NCBI GenBank assembly: GCA_038886995.1 | Contig: JAWALG010000023.1 | Span: 1 to 19,350, forward strand | DNA: 19,350 nucleotides | Source: Candidatus Iainarchaeum sp. | GTDB lineage: Archaea; Iainarchaeota; Iainarchaeia; Iainarchaeales; DTGL01 | Direction of reading: 5' to 3' | Shown: piece after piece, positions 1 through 8,085 of the stretch | Position numbering within the stretch: position 1 is the first letter of the stretch | Layout of the letters: each line of letters begins with the position of its first letter | The notes under the pieces: model-generated | Seen by the model: only the letters and a program-made list of their open reading frames with translations | Told to the model about the DNA's origin: nothing | Databases searched by the model: none | Program-made: the position numbers and the translations under genes

Positions 1-1
1 A

Positions 2-670
2 GTCATAACAAGGTTTAAGTTAACAAATCTGGACAATTACCCAATTAAAATAAATTCAATTGAGCTTAGAGAACCAAGGGGTCAAATAAGTGTCGTGCAG
101 GGCAAAGGCGTGGTATTGAAGCCAAATCAGTCAACAGATATAATTATTGAATCAATAGTCTTTACAACAAAGCCAAAGATTGATTTGATTTATTCTTATG
201 ATGGATACACTGTTTCTTGCAAAAAGAATGAGGGCGTTAAAAGCATATTCTTAGAGCTTTTCCCAAATGAAGTTTATTCAATAAAGTCAATAGAAGCCAA
301 AAATGTGATGGTGGATGAACCTATTGAAGTTAGTGTTAAATGTACCGCAGACCTAAACCTGAAGGTTAGCTTGTGGCCCACTGACGGTACCATCAAAGGT
401 TCACAACCAATTGTACAAAACATAAAAGGCACATGTAACAAGGGGCCTATTTTAGTTGGTTCTATTAGTACAGCAGGGGTTTATTATATAGAGGCGGAGT
501 TAGATGTGCCTGGTTATAGCATATGCAAGACATCAGACTGCAGGCAGGGAAAGTACATTTCAGTAGCAGGTCAGACGAAAGAAACAGAAGCACCAGAGTT
601 AAACAGTTATCTTGTAATATTAATAGCCGCTTTGGCCTTGTTTATAGTTAAAGTAAAAACAAAAAAATGA
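2..670 (+). CDS. 5'-truncated cell-surface protein with C-terminal PEF-CTERM-like sorting tail
   Basis: The frame is open from base 2 (VITRFKLTNLDNYP...), so GTG 95 is probably internal. The body is beta-rich and the protein ends in APEL + hydrophobic helix + KVKTKK. Confidence 0.75.
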   Translation, partial: VITRFKLTNLDNYPIKINSIELREPRGQISVVQGKGVVLKPNQSTDIIIESIVFTTKPKIDLIYSYDGYTVSCKKNEGVKSIFLELFPNEVYSIKSIEAKNVMVDEPIEVSVKCTADLNLKVSLWPTDGTIKGSQPIVQNIKGTCNKGPILVGSISTAGVYYIEAELDVPGYSICKTSDCRQGKYISVAGQTKETEAPELNSYLVILIAALALFIVKVKTKK

Positions 671-677
671 ATAATGA

Positions 678-2228
678 TTATCTCCTAAAAAGCCCAAAGA
701 AAGATCTCTTGGGTTTTTCTGTCTGAATTACTGGCTGAACCGGTGGTATTTGTTCCTTAGGTGTTGGTGTTTGCTGTGTCAACTGAGGCACTTGTTGTTG
801 CTGCTCTACAGGCTTAGCTTCTTTCGCTTTCTTTTGAAGCTCTGTTTTAACCTTAGCAGCTTTCTTAGCTGTCTTTGCCTTCTTTTTTGCCTTTGGTGCT
901 TTAACTTCTTTTTTGGGTATTTTCTTAACAACTTTTTTCTTTTCCTCGACAGGTGTAATATAAAGTTTACCGAAGAGCCAATTAGTATGTCCTTTAAACC
1001 ATTTGGCTGCTACGCTGCCGTCCTTAGCAAAAAATACAACGGTTGAGTTCCTTTCCGTTATAGAATAGTCCTTTGACTCATATGTGCAAGGAAAATCAGC
1101 ACTCGGAAGAGGCAGCTCTACTTTTGCTGGCAAAAGGTTTACCAAGGATTCAAAAGCAAAAGCATTCCATGCTGGGCAAGGCAAAACATCCTGCCAAAGC
1201 GGTTGCTTTGGCTTTTCGCCAATTTCATAAAGAACATTGCAAAAGCCAACATAGGATGGCAATGCGCCGTTAGAGTATTGCCTTGACAAAACGCTTTCAA
1301 TTACACTGTCAGCTAAATTGCTCTTAACGCCAAGGGGCGCTAACTGCTTGATTGTAGAAGCAATTAAAGCGCTGTTTGCAACATAGAGGGGGTACTTTAA
1401 GAATGTGTTTCCTCTGTATCCGTAATAATAAAGCTTTTCCGTGGGATGTATGCTTTTATCCAAAAAGGAGACAGCATCTTTAAGGCGTTCCACTACTTTT
1501 TCATCTTGCTTAATTTCACACATCTCTGTTAACCCTTTGAGGGTAAAAGCACATTTGAAAAGTGGGGAAATTTCATCTTTTTCATCCATTGCAAAGCAAC
1601 CATCCTTATATTGGAATCTCAGCAGTTGTATTGCGGTCGGGATACAATAATCTGTAATCATGGATGGCTCGTTGACTAAGAGCGAATAGCGAATCACAGC
1701 ACGAATCGTTGTAGCAGCAGCTGGCAAGTTAAACAGCATAGTATTGTGGCTAAACTCAAGAAATGACTTTTTGTAATCCCAACACTTTGCTATTATAAAG
1801 CGCTCAATGTTGTTTTTAGCAACATTAAAAAATCTGTTATAATTCATATTTTGTTTCTTTAATACGCTGCATAACCTAGTAAGTGCGAGTGTTGCATAAG
1901 CATTTCCAAAAAGCGAAGCATATGTTTCTTCGCTTCCTGGCTTGTGCTCCAAGCAGGAATTATAAAATATATTTGCCTCCCAGATGTAATTTGAAACAAG
2001 CCACTCACCACATTTCAACGCATTGTCTAAATATTCTTGTGAGCCTGTTTTCTCGTAAAGCTTTAAGTAACCAAGCAAAAGCGCACCCTGGGATGCGCTG
2101 TCGGGTTCGATGAAAGCAAGTTGGCTTCTAACCGGGTCAACAATGTAGCTATGCAGGCCATGCGAGAGATCAAGCCAAGAGCTTAGGTAAAAGCCCAAAT
2201 TGCTTATGCTCTGACGCAAATCTGGCAT
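678..2228 (-). CDS. Alpha/alpha-toroid (six-hairpin glycosidase / prenyltransferase-repeat-like) protein with Lys/Gln-rich tail
   Basis: 519-aa ORF, probable start ATG 2228 (track start 2237). Helical repeats such as YLKLYEKTGSQEYLDNALKCGEWL and QxxDG-like motifs (QYKDGCF, QYSNGAL). Last gene of the sugar cluster; function unclear. Confidence 0.6.
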   Translation of the reverse strand: MPDLRQSISNLGFYLSSWLDLSHGLHSYIVDPVRSQLAFIEPDSASQGALLLGYLKLYEKTGSQEYLDNALKCGEWLVSNYIWEANIFYNSCLEHKPGSEETYASLFGNAYATLALTRLCSVLKKQNMNYNRFFNVAKNNIERFIIAKCWDYKKSFLEFSHNTMLFNLPAAATTIRAVIRYSLLVNEPSMITDYCIPTAIQLLRFQYKDGCFAMDEKDEISPLFKCAFTLKGLTEMCEIKQDEKVVERLKDAVSFLDKSIHPTEKLYYYGYRGNTFLKYPLYVANSALIASTIKQLAPLGVKSNLADSVIESVLSRQYSNGALPSYVGFCNVLYEIGEKPKQPLWQDVLPCPAWNAFAFESLVNLLPAKVELPLPSADFPCTYESKDYSITERNSTVVFFAKDGSVAAKWFKGHTNWLFGKLYITPVEEKKKVVKKIPKKEVKAPKAKKKAKTAKKAAKVKTELQKKAKEAKPVEQQQQVPQLTQQTPTPKEQIPPVQPVIQTEKPKRSFFGLFRR

Positions 2229-2266
2229 AACTACCAAACATAAGAAAAATTAAACTCTTTTTAATA

Positions 2267-3211
2267 TTAACGTTTTGGTTGCTTTTTAATAAACTGCTTA
2301 AACCAAGGGATTGTTTTGGAAAGCCCTTCTTCAAGTCCGACAGTTGGCTCCCACGAAAGGAGCTTCTTGGCTAAAGAAATGTCTGGTTTTCTCCTTTCAG
2401 GATCGTCTTTAGGCATTTCTTTGTAAACTATTTCAGAGCGTGATCCAGTGAGCTTTATTATGATTTTTGCAAGATCGATAATCTTATTTTCAGTTGGATT
2501 GCCAATGTTAATAGGCATGGAATAATCACAATGCATTAGCTGGTATAGCCCCTCTATGGTGTCGCTCACATAGCAAAAAGATCTTGTTTGTTCACCTTTG
2601 CCATAAACTGTTATTGGCTCATTATTGAGGGCTTGCATGATAAAATTTGGCATAACCCTCCCATCATTAATTGTCATCCTTGGGCCATATGTATTAAATA
2701 TCCTTGCAATTCTTGTCTTCAATCCGTACTTCCAGTAGTAATTCATGATAAGAGCTTCTGCAAATCTCTTTGATTCATCATAGCATGCTCTTGGGCCTAT
2801 TGGGTTAACATTGCCAAAATAGCTTTCAACCTGTGGGTGCACAAGAGGATTCCCATATACCTCTGAAGTGGATGTATGTAAAAAGCTTGCGTTCTTTTTC
2901 ATTGCTAACTCTAGCAGGTTTTTTACACCAACCGAATTAGCAAGCATTGTTTCTATCGGCATTCGTTGGTAGTGTATTGGGGAAGCAGGAGATGCTAGGT
3001 TATAGATTTCATCAATTTTGCCGGTAACATTAAGTTTTTTTGTTGTGTCGCCCTTTAAAAACTTAAACTTCTTTTTTGGCAGATGTATTATGTTCTGGGT
3101 TGTGCCCGTGCATAAATTATCTATGCCTATCACATAGTAGCCTTTGGATACAAGATACTCGGAAAGATGTGAGCCAAGAAAGCCGGCACAGCCGGTAACT
3201 AAGGCGCGCAT
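2267..3211 (-). CDS. uxs: UDP-glucuronate decarboxylase (UDP-xylose synthase) family SDR epimerase/dehydratase
   Basis: TGCAGFLG Rossmann motif, NLASPASPIHY, STSEVYG, NPIGPRACYDESKR (YxxxK), RIFNTYGPRM and DDPERRKPDI are all typical of this family. Confidence 0.9.
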   Translation of the reverse strand: MRALVTGCAGFLGSHLSEYLVSKGYYVIGIDNLCTGTTQNIIHLPKKKFKFLKGDTTKKLNVTGKIDEIYNLASPASPIHYQRMPIETMLANSVGVKNLLELAMKKNASFLHTSTSEVYGNPLVHPQVESYFGNVNPIGPRACYDESKRFAEALIMNYYWKYGLKTRIARIFNTYGPRMTINDGRVMPNFIMQALNNEPITVYGKGEQTRSFCYVSDTIEGLYQLMHCDYSMPINIGNPTENKIIDLAKIIIKLTGSRSEIVYKEMPKDDPERRKPDISLAKKLLSWEPTVGLEEGLSKTIPWFKQFIKKQPKR

Positions 3212-3951
3212 TTTATCTCCTTCCTAGCCATTTCTAGTGATTCCATTGAGCCAATGTCGAACCATTTGCCTTTGCAGCTATAAGCGTACGTATCCTCCTT
3301 CTTATGCAGCCATTGTATGAAAGTGCCAGCGGCATCAAGACCATGGCCAGCATTAGCATATTCTTCAAATAGTTTAACTACTTTCTTTGTGTAGAAATAT
3401 ATGCCTGTGCTCGCAAGTGTTGATTTTGGCTCAGGCGGCTTTTCCTGGAAGTCAATTATCTTCCAGTTTTTGTCAACAGCTAAAACACCATATTTCTTTG
3501 CTAACTCTATTGACCCAACATCATATGCGCCCAAAACGCATCTTTTCTTTTCCTTGTAGAGCTTATATATTGGCAGTAGTGAAAAATCAAATATGTTATC
3601 GCTGCTTATGTCAAGAAGCTCACCTTCAAGCCCTTTCTGTTTTATAGCTAACATCTTGTCGCCTATTGCCCCCAATCGTTCTTGCTCGTTGTTGGTGCCA
3701 TCGTTGATTATTTCGATTTCAAATTTGTAAGTGCTGCACGTACTTATGCCTTTTAGCCACTTTTCAAAAGAGTCATAGTAATAATTATTTGATATTATGT
3801 AAACTGAGTCAACACAGCCAAGTTCTTCTATTTTGTCAAGTATGTGTTCAATCACTGGCTTCCTTGCTACGTCTATTAATGCTTTGGGTATGTAATAAGT
3901 TAAAGGCCGCAGCCTTGTGCCATAACCGGCTGCGGGTATTATTGCCTTCAT
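3199..3951 (-). CDS. Sugar-1-phosphate nucleotidyltransferase (NTP_transferase family)
   Basis: PAAGYGTRLRPLT...PK, SSDNIFD, FQEKP and WFDIG motifs. Overlaps the uxs start. Context suggests a glucose-1-P uridylyl/thymidylyltransferase. Confidence 0.88.
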   Translation of the reverse strand: MKAIIPAAGYGTRLRPLTYYIPKALIDVARKPVIEHILDKIEELGCVDSVYIISNNYYYDSFEKWLKGISTCSTYKFEIEIINDGTNNEQERLGAIGDKMLAIKQKGLEGELLDISSDNIFDFSLLPIYKLYKEKKRCVLGAYDVGSIELAKKYGVLAVDKNWKIIDFQEKPPEPKSTLASTGIYFYTKKVVKLFEEYANAGHGLDAAGTFIQWLHKKEDTYAYSCKGKWFDIGSMESLEMARKEIKCAP

Positions 3952-3956
3952 AAGTT

Positions 3957-5072
3957 TTATTCCTCTGTCGGCTTAAACCTTTGCTCAAGTTTCTTTAGGA
4001 CATCTGGCAGCGTAGTGTATTCAAGTTCCTTTTCGCTAACTCTGTGTGGCTCAAATGGGCCATGCATACGCATGTAATCTGCAATTTCATTGCATCTTGC
4101 CCTTACATGGTCAAAGCTGACATCATCAAACAAGTCCTTCGGACCTATTAGCTCGCCATCACAGACCTGGAAGCCGAGACCAACAACCCTTGGGGGCCCA
4201 TCAAAGCGTGTTGGCGTGGCATACTTAAGCGAAACTGGCATCAAAGGCCCTTTGTGTGAACCCCTCATCCAGCCGCTTACAAGATGCCCAAGCGTAAAAC
4301 CTTCAATTACTTCACCAACCGAAGGAAATCCGCTTTGTGCCCTTACAATGCAAACTGGGTCGTCTTTTCCAACATACTGACCTGCCAGAACATTGAGCTT
4401 TTCTGTGCAAACCTCTGCTGCTATGCGCTCCTCAGGCGCTTCATTGCCTTTTTTATATACGCGCTTAATCGCATAAGTGCTTGTAGTACCTATAAGAGCT
4501 AACAAAGCGTACATCTCCTCAGGGCAATGGAGCGTTGCTTTCAAGTGCTTATAAACATCCATTATTTCAAAAGAAAACCCAGCTGTTGCTTTTGGGTCTA
4601 TAACAAGACCTGCTGTGTTGAAAGGATCAGCAAATACCTTGAAAAGTGGCAGGTTGAAAGCAGCTGGCTCTGTTTTGTCACATGCAAATATAAGCACCGG
4701 GTCTGATTTCCTTTCCATGAAAGTCATTTCTGCAATGCCTGGACCTTGGCCCCTTACATTTCCTGAGAATGAGTCGCTAAGCAGGTCTTGGCCTGCAGCG
4801 TAAAGCTTCTTGCTTCTGGCATATTGTGCGACCTTCATGAAGCCATCCCAAGCAAGCTTATGAACCTCTGTGTTGTCGCGACCTTTTCTGTGTGTCATCA
4901 CGGTTTCAAGGTCATCTCCGCAGTTGAAAACATGGTAATCTATTATTGTGCCTGCCTTTTTAGCTGCTTCAAGATGGTCTTCCATCAACTTAATCATTTC
5001 AGGCAGCACTGTTATATGCCCAGAAAGGCTTCCAACATCTGCCTTTATGCAGGATACAGTAATTAACCCCAT
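3957..5072 (-). CDS. fbp: Bifunctional fructose-1,6-bisphosphate aldolase/phosphatase (class V FBPase)
   Basis: KADVGS..GH, CGDD, GQDLL, DKTEP, YVGKDDP (Schiff-base Lys), GWMRGSH, RFDGPP and GPFEPHR motifs; strong SD upstream. Confidence 0.96.
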   Translation of the reverse strand: MGLITVSCIKADVGSLSGHITVLPEMIKLMEDHLEAAKKAGTIIDYHVFNCGDDLETVMTHRKGRDNTEVHKLAWDGFMKVAQYARSKKLYAAGQDLLSDSFSGNVRGQGPGIAEMTFMERKSDPVLIFACDKTEPAAFNLPLFKVFADPFNTAGLVIDPKATAGFSFEIMDVYKHLKATLHCPEEMYALLALIGTTSTYAIKRVYKKGNEAPEERIAAEVCTEKLNVLAGQYVGKDDPVCIVRAQSGFPSVGEVIEGFTLGHLVSGWMRGSHKGPLMPVSLKYATPTRFDGPPRVVGLGFQVCDGELIGPKDLFDDVSFDHVRARCNEIADYMRMHGPFEPHRVSEKELEYTTLPDVLKKLEQRFKPTEE

Positions 5073-5077
5073 TTATA

Positions 5078-5086
5078 CACCTCCTT
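5078..5086 (-). promoter_or_regulatory. Shine-Dalgarno site of fbp
   Basis: Minus strand reads AAGGAGGTG-tataa-ATG. Confidence 0.8.
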
Positions 5087-5096
5087 AATATGAACA

Positions 5097-6380
5097 TTAT
5101 GTTCCAATCCCCTCATAAACAAAGCCAATATCACTAATGTTTTTCTTATTTAAAAGGTTTCTGCCATCTATTATCAGCGGGTTTTTCATGTTCTTGCGGA
5201 TTCTTCTGTAGTCAAGATTCGCAAATTCTTTCCATTCGGTTACAATAACAATAGCATCTGCACCTCTTGCTGCATCATAGGCATTTTTGTAGTAGCGGAT
5301 ATCTGGAAATTCGCGCTTTGCATTGCCCATTGCTGCTGGATCATAAGCGCAAACAATAGCACCTTCTTTTTTGAGGGATTTAATTATTGTAAGGCTGCTT
5401 GCAAACCTAATGTCATCAGTGTTGGGTTTAAATGAAAGCCCAAGCAAAGCAATTCGCTTGCCTTTTAGACTTCCAAGGTGCTTCTTAAGCTTAAGCACCG
5501 GTTGAAGCTTTGCTTTTTCGTTTGAAAGGTAAGCAGCTAATGCAATGCTTTGTTGCGCCCCATCTTTTTTACCCATGTAAACAAGGGCACTAACATCTTT
5601 TGGGAAACATGAACCGCCCCAACCGCAGCCAGCGTTCAGGAAATAAGGGCCTATGCGCTTATCCATGCCAACGCCCTTTGAAACTGAGACAACATTTGCG
5701 CCAACTTTATCACAAAGCATTGCAATTTCATTTATGAAAGAAATCTTTATTGCAAGTAGAGCATTTGAAGCATACTTTATTAGCTCCGCTGTGCGCAAAT
5801 CAGTATAAAACCTCTTGCCTTTTATTGGCTTATAAAGCTCTTTCATGGCCTTCTTTGCTTCTTTGCTTTCGTACCCAACAACAATCCTGTCTGGCTTCAT
5901 AAAATCATTTACTGCGCTGCCTTCACGCAGAAACTCTGGATTTGATACAACATGGAATTTGCCATCATATTTAGAACTAACTATCTCCTTCAAAAGGTCT
6001 GCGGTTCCAACTGGCACTGTGCTCTTATTTACAATTATCTTTTCATCGCTTATTGAGCTGGCAATATCAAGCGCTGCTTTTTTCCAGTAGCTAAGGTTTG
6101 CCTCACCACTCTTTTTTTGTGGGGTGCAAACCGCAATCATAACTACATAAGAGTTGCGCACCGCTTCCTGGGTTTTTGTTGTAAAGCTTAGCCTACCTTG
6201 CTTAATGTTCTTCTTGATTAGTGCTTCTAAGCCGGGCTCATATATTGGACACAACCCTTTTTTCAGCATGCTTATTTTTTTCTTATCTATATCTGCACAT
6301 ACAACATTGTGTCCAATCTCAGCAAGGCAAGCCCCAGTGACAAGGCCTACATAGCCAGTACCTATGACTGCAACACGCAT
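5097..6380 (-). CDS. ugd: UDP-glucose 6-dehydrogenase (UDP-glucose/GDP-mannose dehydrogenase family)
   Basis: IGTGYVG, PIYEPGL, KSTVPVGT, SNPEFLREG, AELIKY, GGSCFPKD (catalytic Cys), FKPNTDDIR and DGRN motifs. Confidence 0.95.
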   Translation of the reverse strand: MRVAVIGTGYVGLVTGACLAEIGHNVVCADIDKKKISMLKKGLCPIYEPGLEALIKKNIKQGRLSFTTKTQEAVRNSYVVMIAVCTPQKKSGEANLSYWKKAALDIASSISDEKIIVNKSTVPVGTADLLKEIVSSKYDGKFHVVSNPEFLREGSAVNDFMKPDRIVVGYESKEAKKAMKELYKPIKGKRFYTDLRTAELIKYASNALLAIKISFINEIAMLCDKVGANVVSVSKGVGMDKRIGPYFLNAGCGWGGSCFPKDVSALVYMGKKDGAQQSIALAAYLSNEKAKLQPVLKLKKHLGSLKGKRIALLGLSFKPNTDDIRFASSLTIIKSLKKEGAIVCAYDPAAMGNAKREFPDIRYYKNAYDAARGADAIVIVTEWKEFANLDYRRIRKNMKNPLIIDGRNLLNKKNISDIGFVYEGIGT

Positions 6381-6450
6381 AAAAATCAGAAAAATTTAAC
6401 AGCACAAAATTTAATAAATGAATCTTTCATAACTTGTATGAACTGTTATG
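6381..6450. promoter_or_regulatory. Divergent promoter region between ugd and the RHH fusion gene, with repeats
   Basis: AAAATTTAA twice (6391, 6406); inverted repeat TTCATA-N5-TATGAA (6426-6442); near-direct repeats AACTTGTATG/AACTGTTATG (6431-6450). Confidence 0.55.
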
Positions 6451-7275
6451 AGGACAACTACTCCAAAAAGAGCTCGTGTGACCATCTCTATACGCAACGA
6501 CCTGATTTCTAAGGTTGACTCTTTGGTGGATGGCTTATCGTTAAGGAGCAGGAGCCAAGCTGTTGAATATATTTTAAGTAAGGCGCTTGGTGAAAAACTA
6601 ATTACTGCGCTGGTGCTTGCTGGCGGAAAGCCGAATGATATAAGCATAGATGGCAAAATAAAGTTTATGTCGCGCATTGGCGATAGGGTACTTCTCGAAC
6701 ACACACTTAACCATCTGCATGGCTTAGGGATAAACAGGTTTATAGTTTATGTTGACTACAAAAAAGAGGAAATTGTCAGGCATTTCAACAACTTAAGCTT
6801 GCCATACAATGTAAATTTTATATATGGTGAAAAAGCTTTTGGCACGATAGGGCCTTTAATGATGGCAAAGTCACATCTAAAGGAAACATTCCTTCTAGCA
6901 TATGGCGATACAATTTGCAGAATAAACCTAAGCAGCATGTACGATTTTCACAAAGAGCACTCAAGTAAAGCTACGATTGCACTCACAAGTGTTGATGAAC
7001 CAAAAAATTATGGGGTTGCTGTTATGGAAGGTGCAAAGATAAAGGATTTCATTGAAAAGCCCAAAAAAATGGTTGAAAGCTATCTTGTTAGCGCTGGCTA
7101 CTTTATAATGGAGCCGGCTGTTTTTTCGTACATAGCACCCACAGACAAGAGCATTGAAAAAGACCTATTCCCAAGAATGGCAAAGCAGGACCTTCTTTAT
7201 GGTTATCCCTTTCAAGGTCTTTACCTCAACATAAATAAAAGAGCCGACATTGAAAAAGCAAAGCTTTTCCTTTAA
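6448..7275 (+). CDS. Ribbon-helix-helix (CopG/NikR-like) domain fused to a degenerate sugar-phosphate nucleotidyltransferase domain
   Basis: The N-terminus RARVTISIRNDLISKVDSLV...SRSQAVEYIL fits the RHH pattern. The rest has LAGG, GT.GP, YGD and FIEKP, but the GxGT/SRL loop and the WxD motif are altered. Confidence 0.85.
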   Translation: MRTTTPKRARVTISIRNDLISKVDSLVDGLSLRSRSQAVEYILSKALGEKLITALVLAGGKPNDISIDGKIKFMSRIGDRVLLEHTLNHLHGLGINRFIVYVDYKKEEIVRHFNNLSLPYNVNFIYGEKAFGTIGPLMMAKSHLKETFLLAYGDTICRINLSSMYDFHKEHSSKATIALTSVDEPKNYGVAVMEGAKIKDFIEKPKKMVESYLVSAGYFIMEPAVFSYIAPTDKSIEKDLFPRMAKQDLLYGYPFQGLYLNINKRADIEKAKLFL

Positions 7276-7317
7276 GTTAAAATTCAAATTATAAACATAT
7301 CGTATCCATAAACGCAT

Positions 7318-8085
7318 ATGAAAAAAGCAGGGAAGACCCCAATAAAAAATAAAGTGACTGATGCATTTGTGCTGGCTGGTGGCTTAGGTTCGCGCCTTAG
7401 GCCTTTCACCCTTGAAATACCAAAGCCAATGCTTCCTGTGAAAGGCAAGCCAATAGTTGAGTATAACATAAGGAACCTTATTGAACACGGCGTAAAGCAT
7501 ATTGTGCTCGGAGTTGGCTACAAAAGTGAAGCAATAAAGGCCTACTTTGGCAATCGCTTCTGTGGTGCAAAAATTACCTACTGCGTTGAGGATAAGCCAC
7601 TTGGCACTGCTGGTGCAATCAAGAATGCGGAAAGTCATATTAGAGGCAAAAGCTTTTTTGTTTGCAACGGCGATGAGATAAAAGATGTAAATTATACCAA
7701 GATGGCTATCTTACTTGAGAATAAAAAAGCGCTTGGCGTTATTGCACTCAAGCAACTCCAGAATATTGAAAACCTCGGTGTTGTTGAACTTAAAGGCAAT
7801 AAGATACTCAGATTCATAGAAAAGCCAAGGCCTTGGGAGACAGAAAGCAGAACAGTAAATGCTGGCGCATATGTTTTCTCCAAAAAGGTTTTGCACATGA
7901 TACCCAAGAAAAAGCGGTATAGCCTTGAGAGGGACGTTTTCCCTGTGTTATCATTTGAGCAAAAGCTTTATGGGTGCAAATGCGTTGGCCAATGGTTTCC
8001 AACAGATACCCCAGAAAGATATGAGAGGGCAATAAAAAAAGCAAATTTTTTTAGAAGGTGGTTTGATGCACAAGATAGTAAATAA
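7318..8085 (+). CDS. Sugar-phosphate nucleotidyltransferase (mannose-1-P guanylyltransferase-like)
   Basis: LAGGLGSRLRPFT..PKPM, PLGTAGAI, NGDE, FIEKP and NAGAYVF motifs. TTATAAA lies about 23 nt upstream of the ATG, suggesting a leaderless transcript. Confidence 0.88.
   Translation: MKKAGKTPIKNKVTDAFVLAGGLGSRLRPFTLEIPKPMLPVKGKPIVEYNIRNLIEHGVKHIVLGVGYKSEAIKAYFGNRFCGAKITYCVEDKPLGTAGAIKNAESHIRGKSFFVCNGDEIKDVNYTKMAILLENKKALGVIALKQLQNIENLGVVELKGNKILRFIEKPRPWETESRTVNAGAYVFSKKVLHMIPKKKRYSLERDVFPVLSFEQKLYGCKCVGQWFPTDTPERYERAIKKANFFRRWFDAQDSK

Noticed and set aside
95-97. GTG start for the first ORF
   Set aside because: The frame is open back to base 2, so the gene most likely starts before the window.
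750-1046. Cys/Leu/Phe-rich 98-aa plus-strand ORF resembling a membrane or Cys-rich peptide
   Set aside because: It is the antisense shadow of the Lys/Gln/Ala-rich tail of the minus-strand gene.
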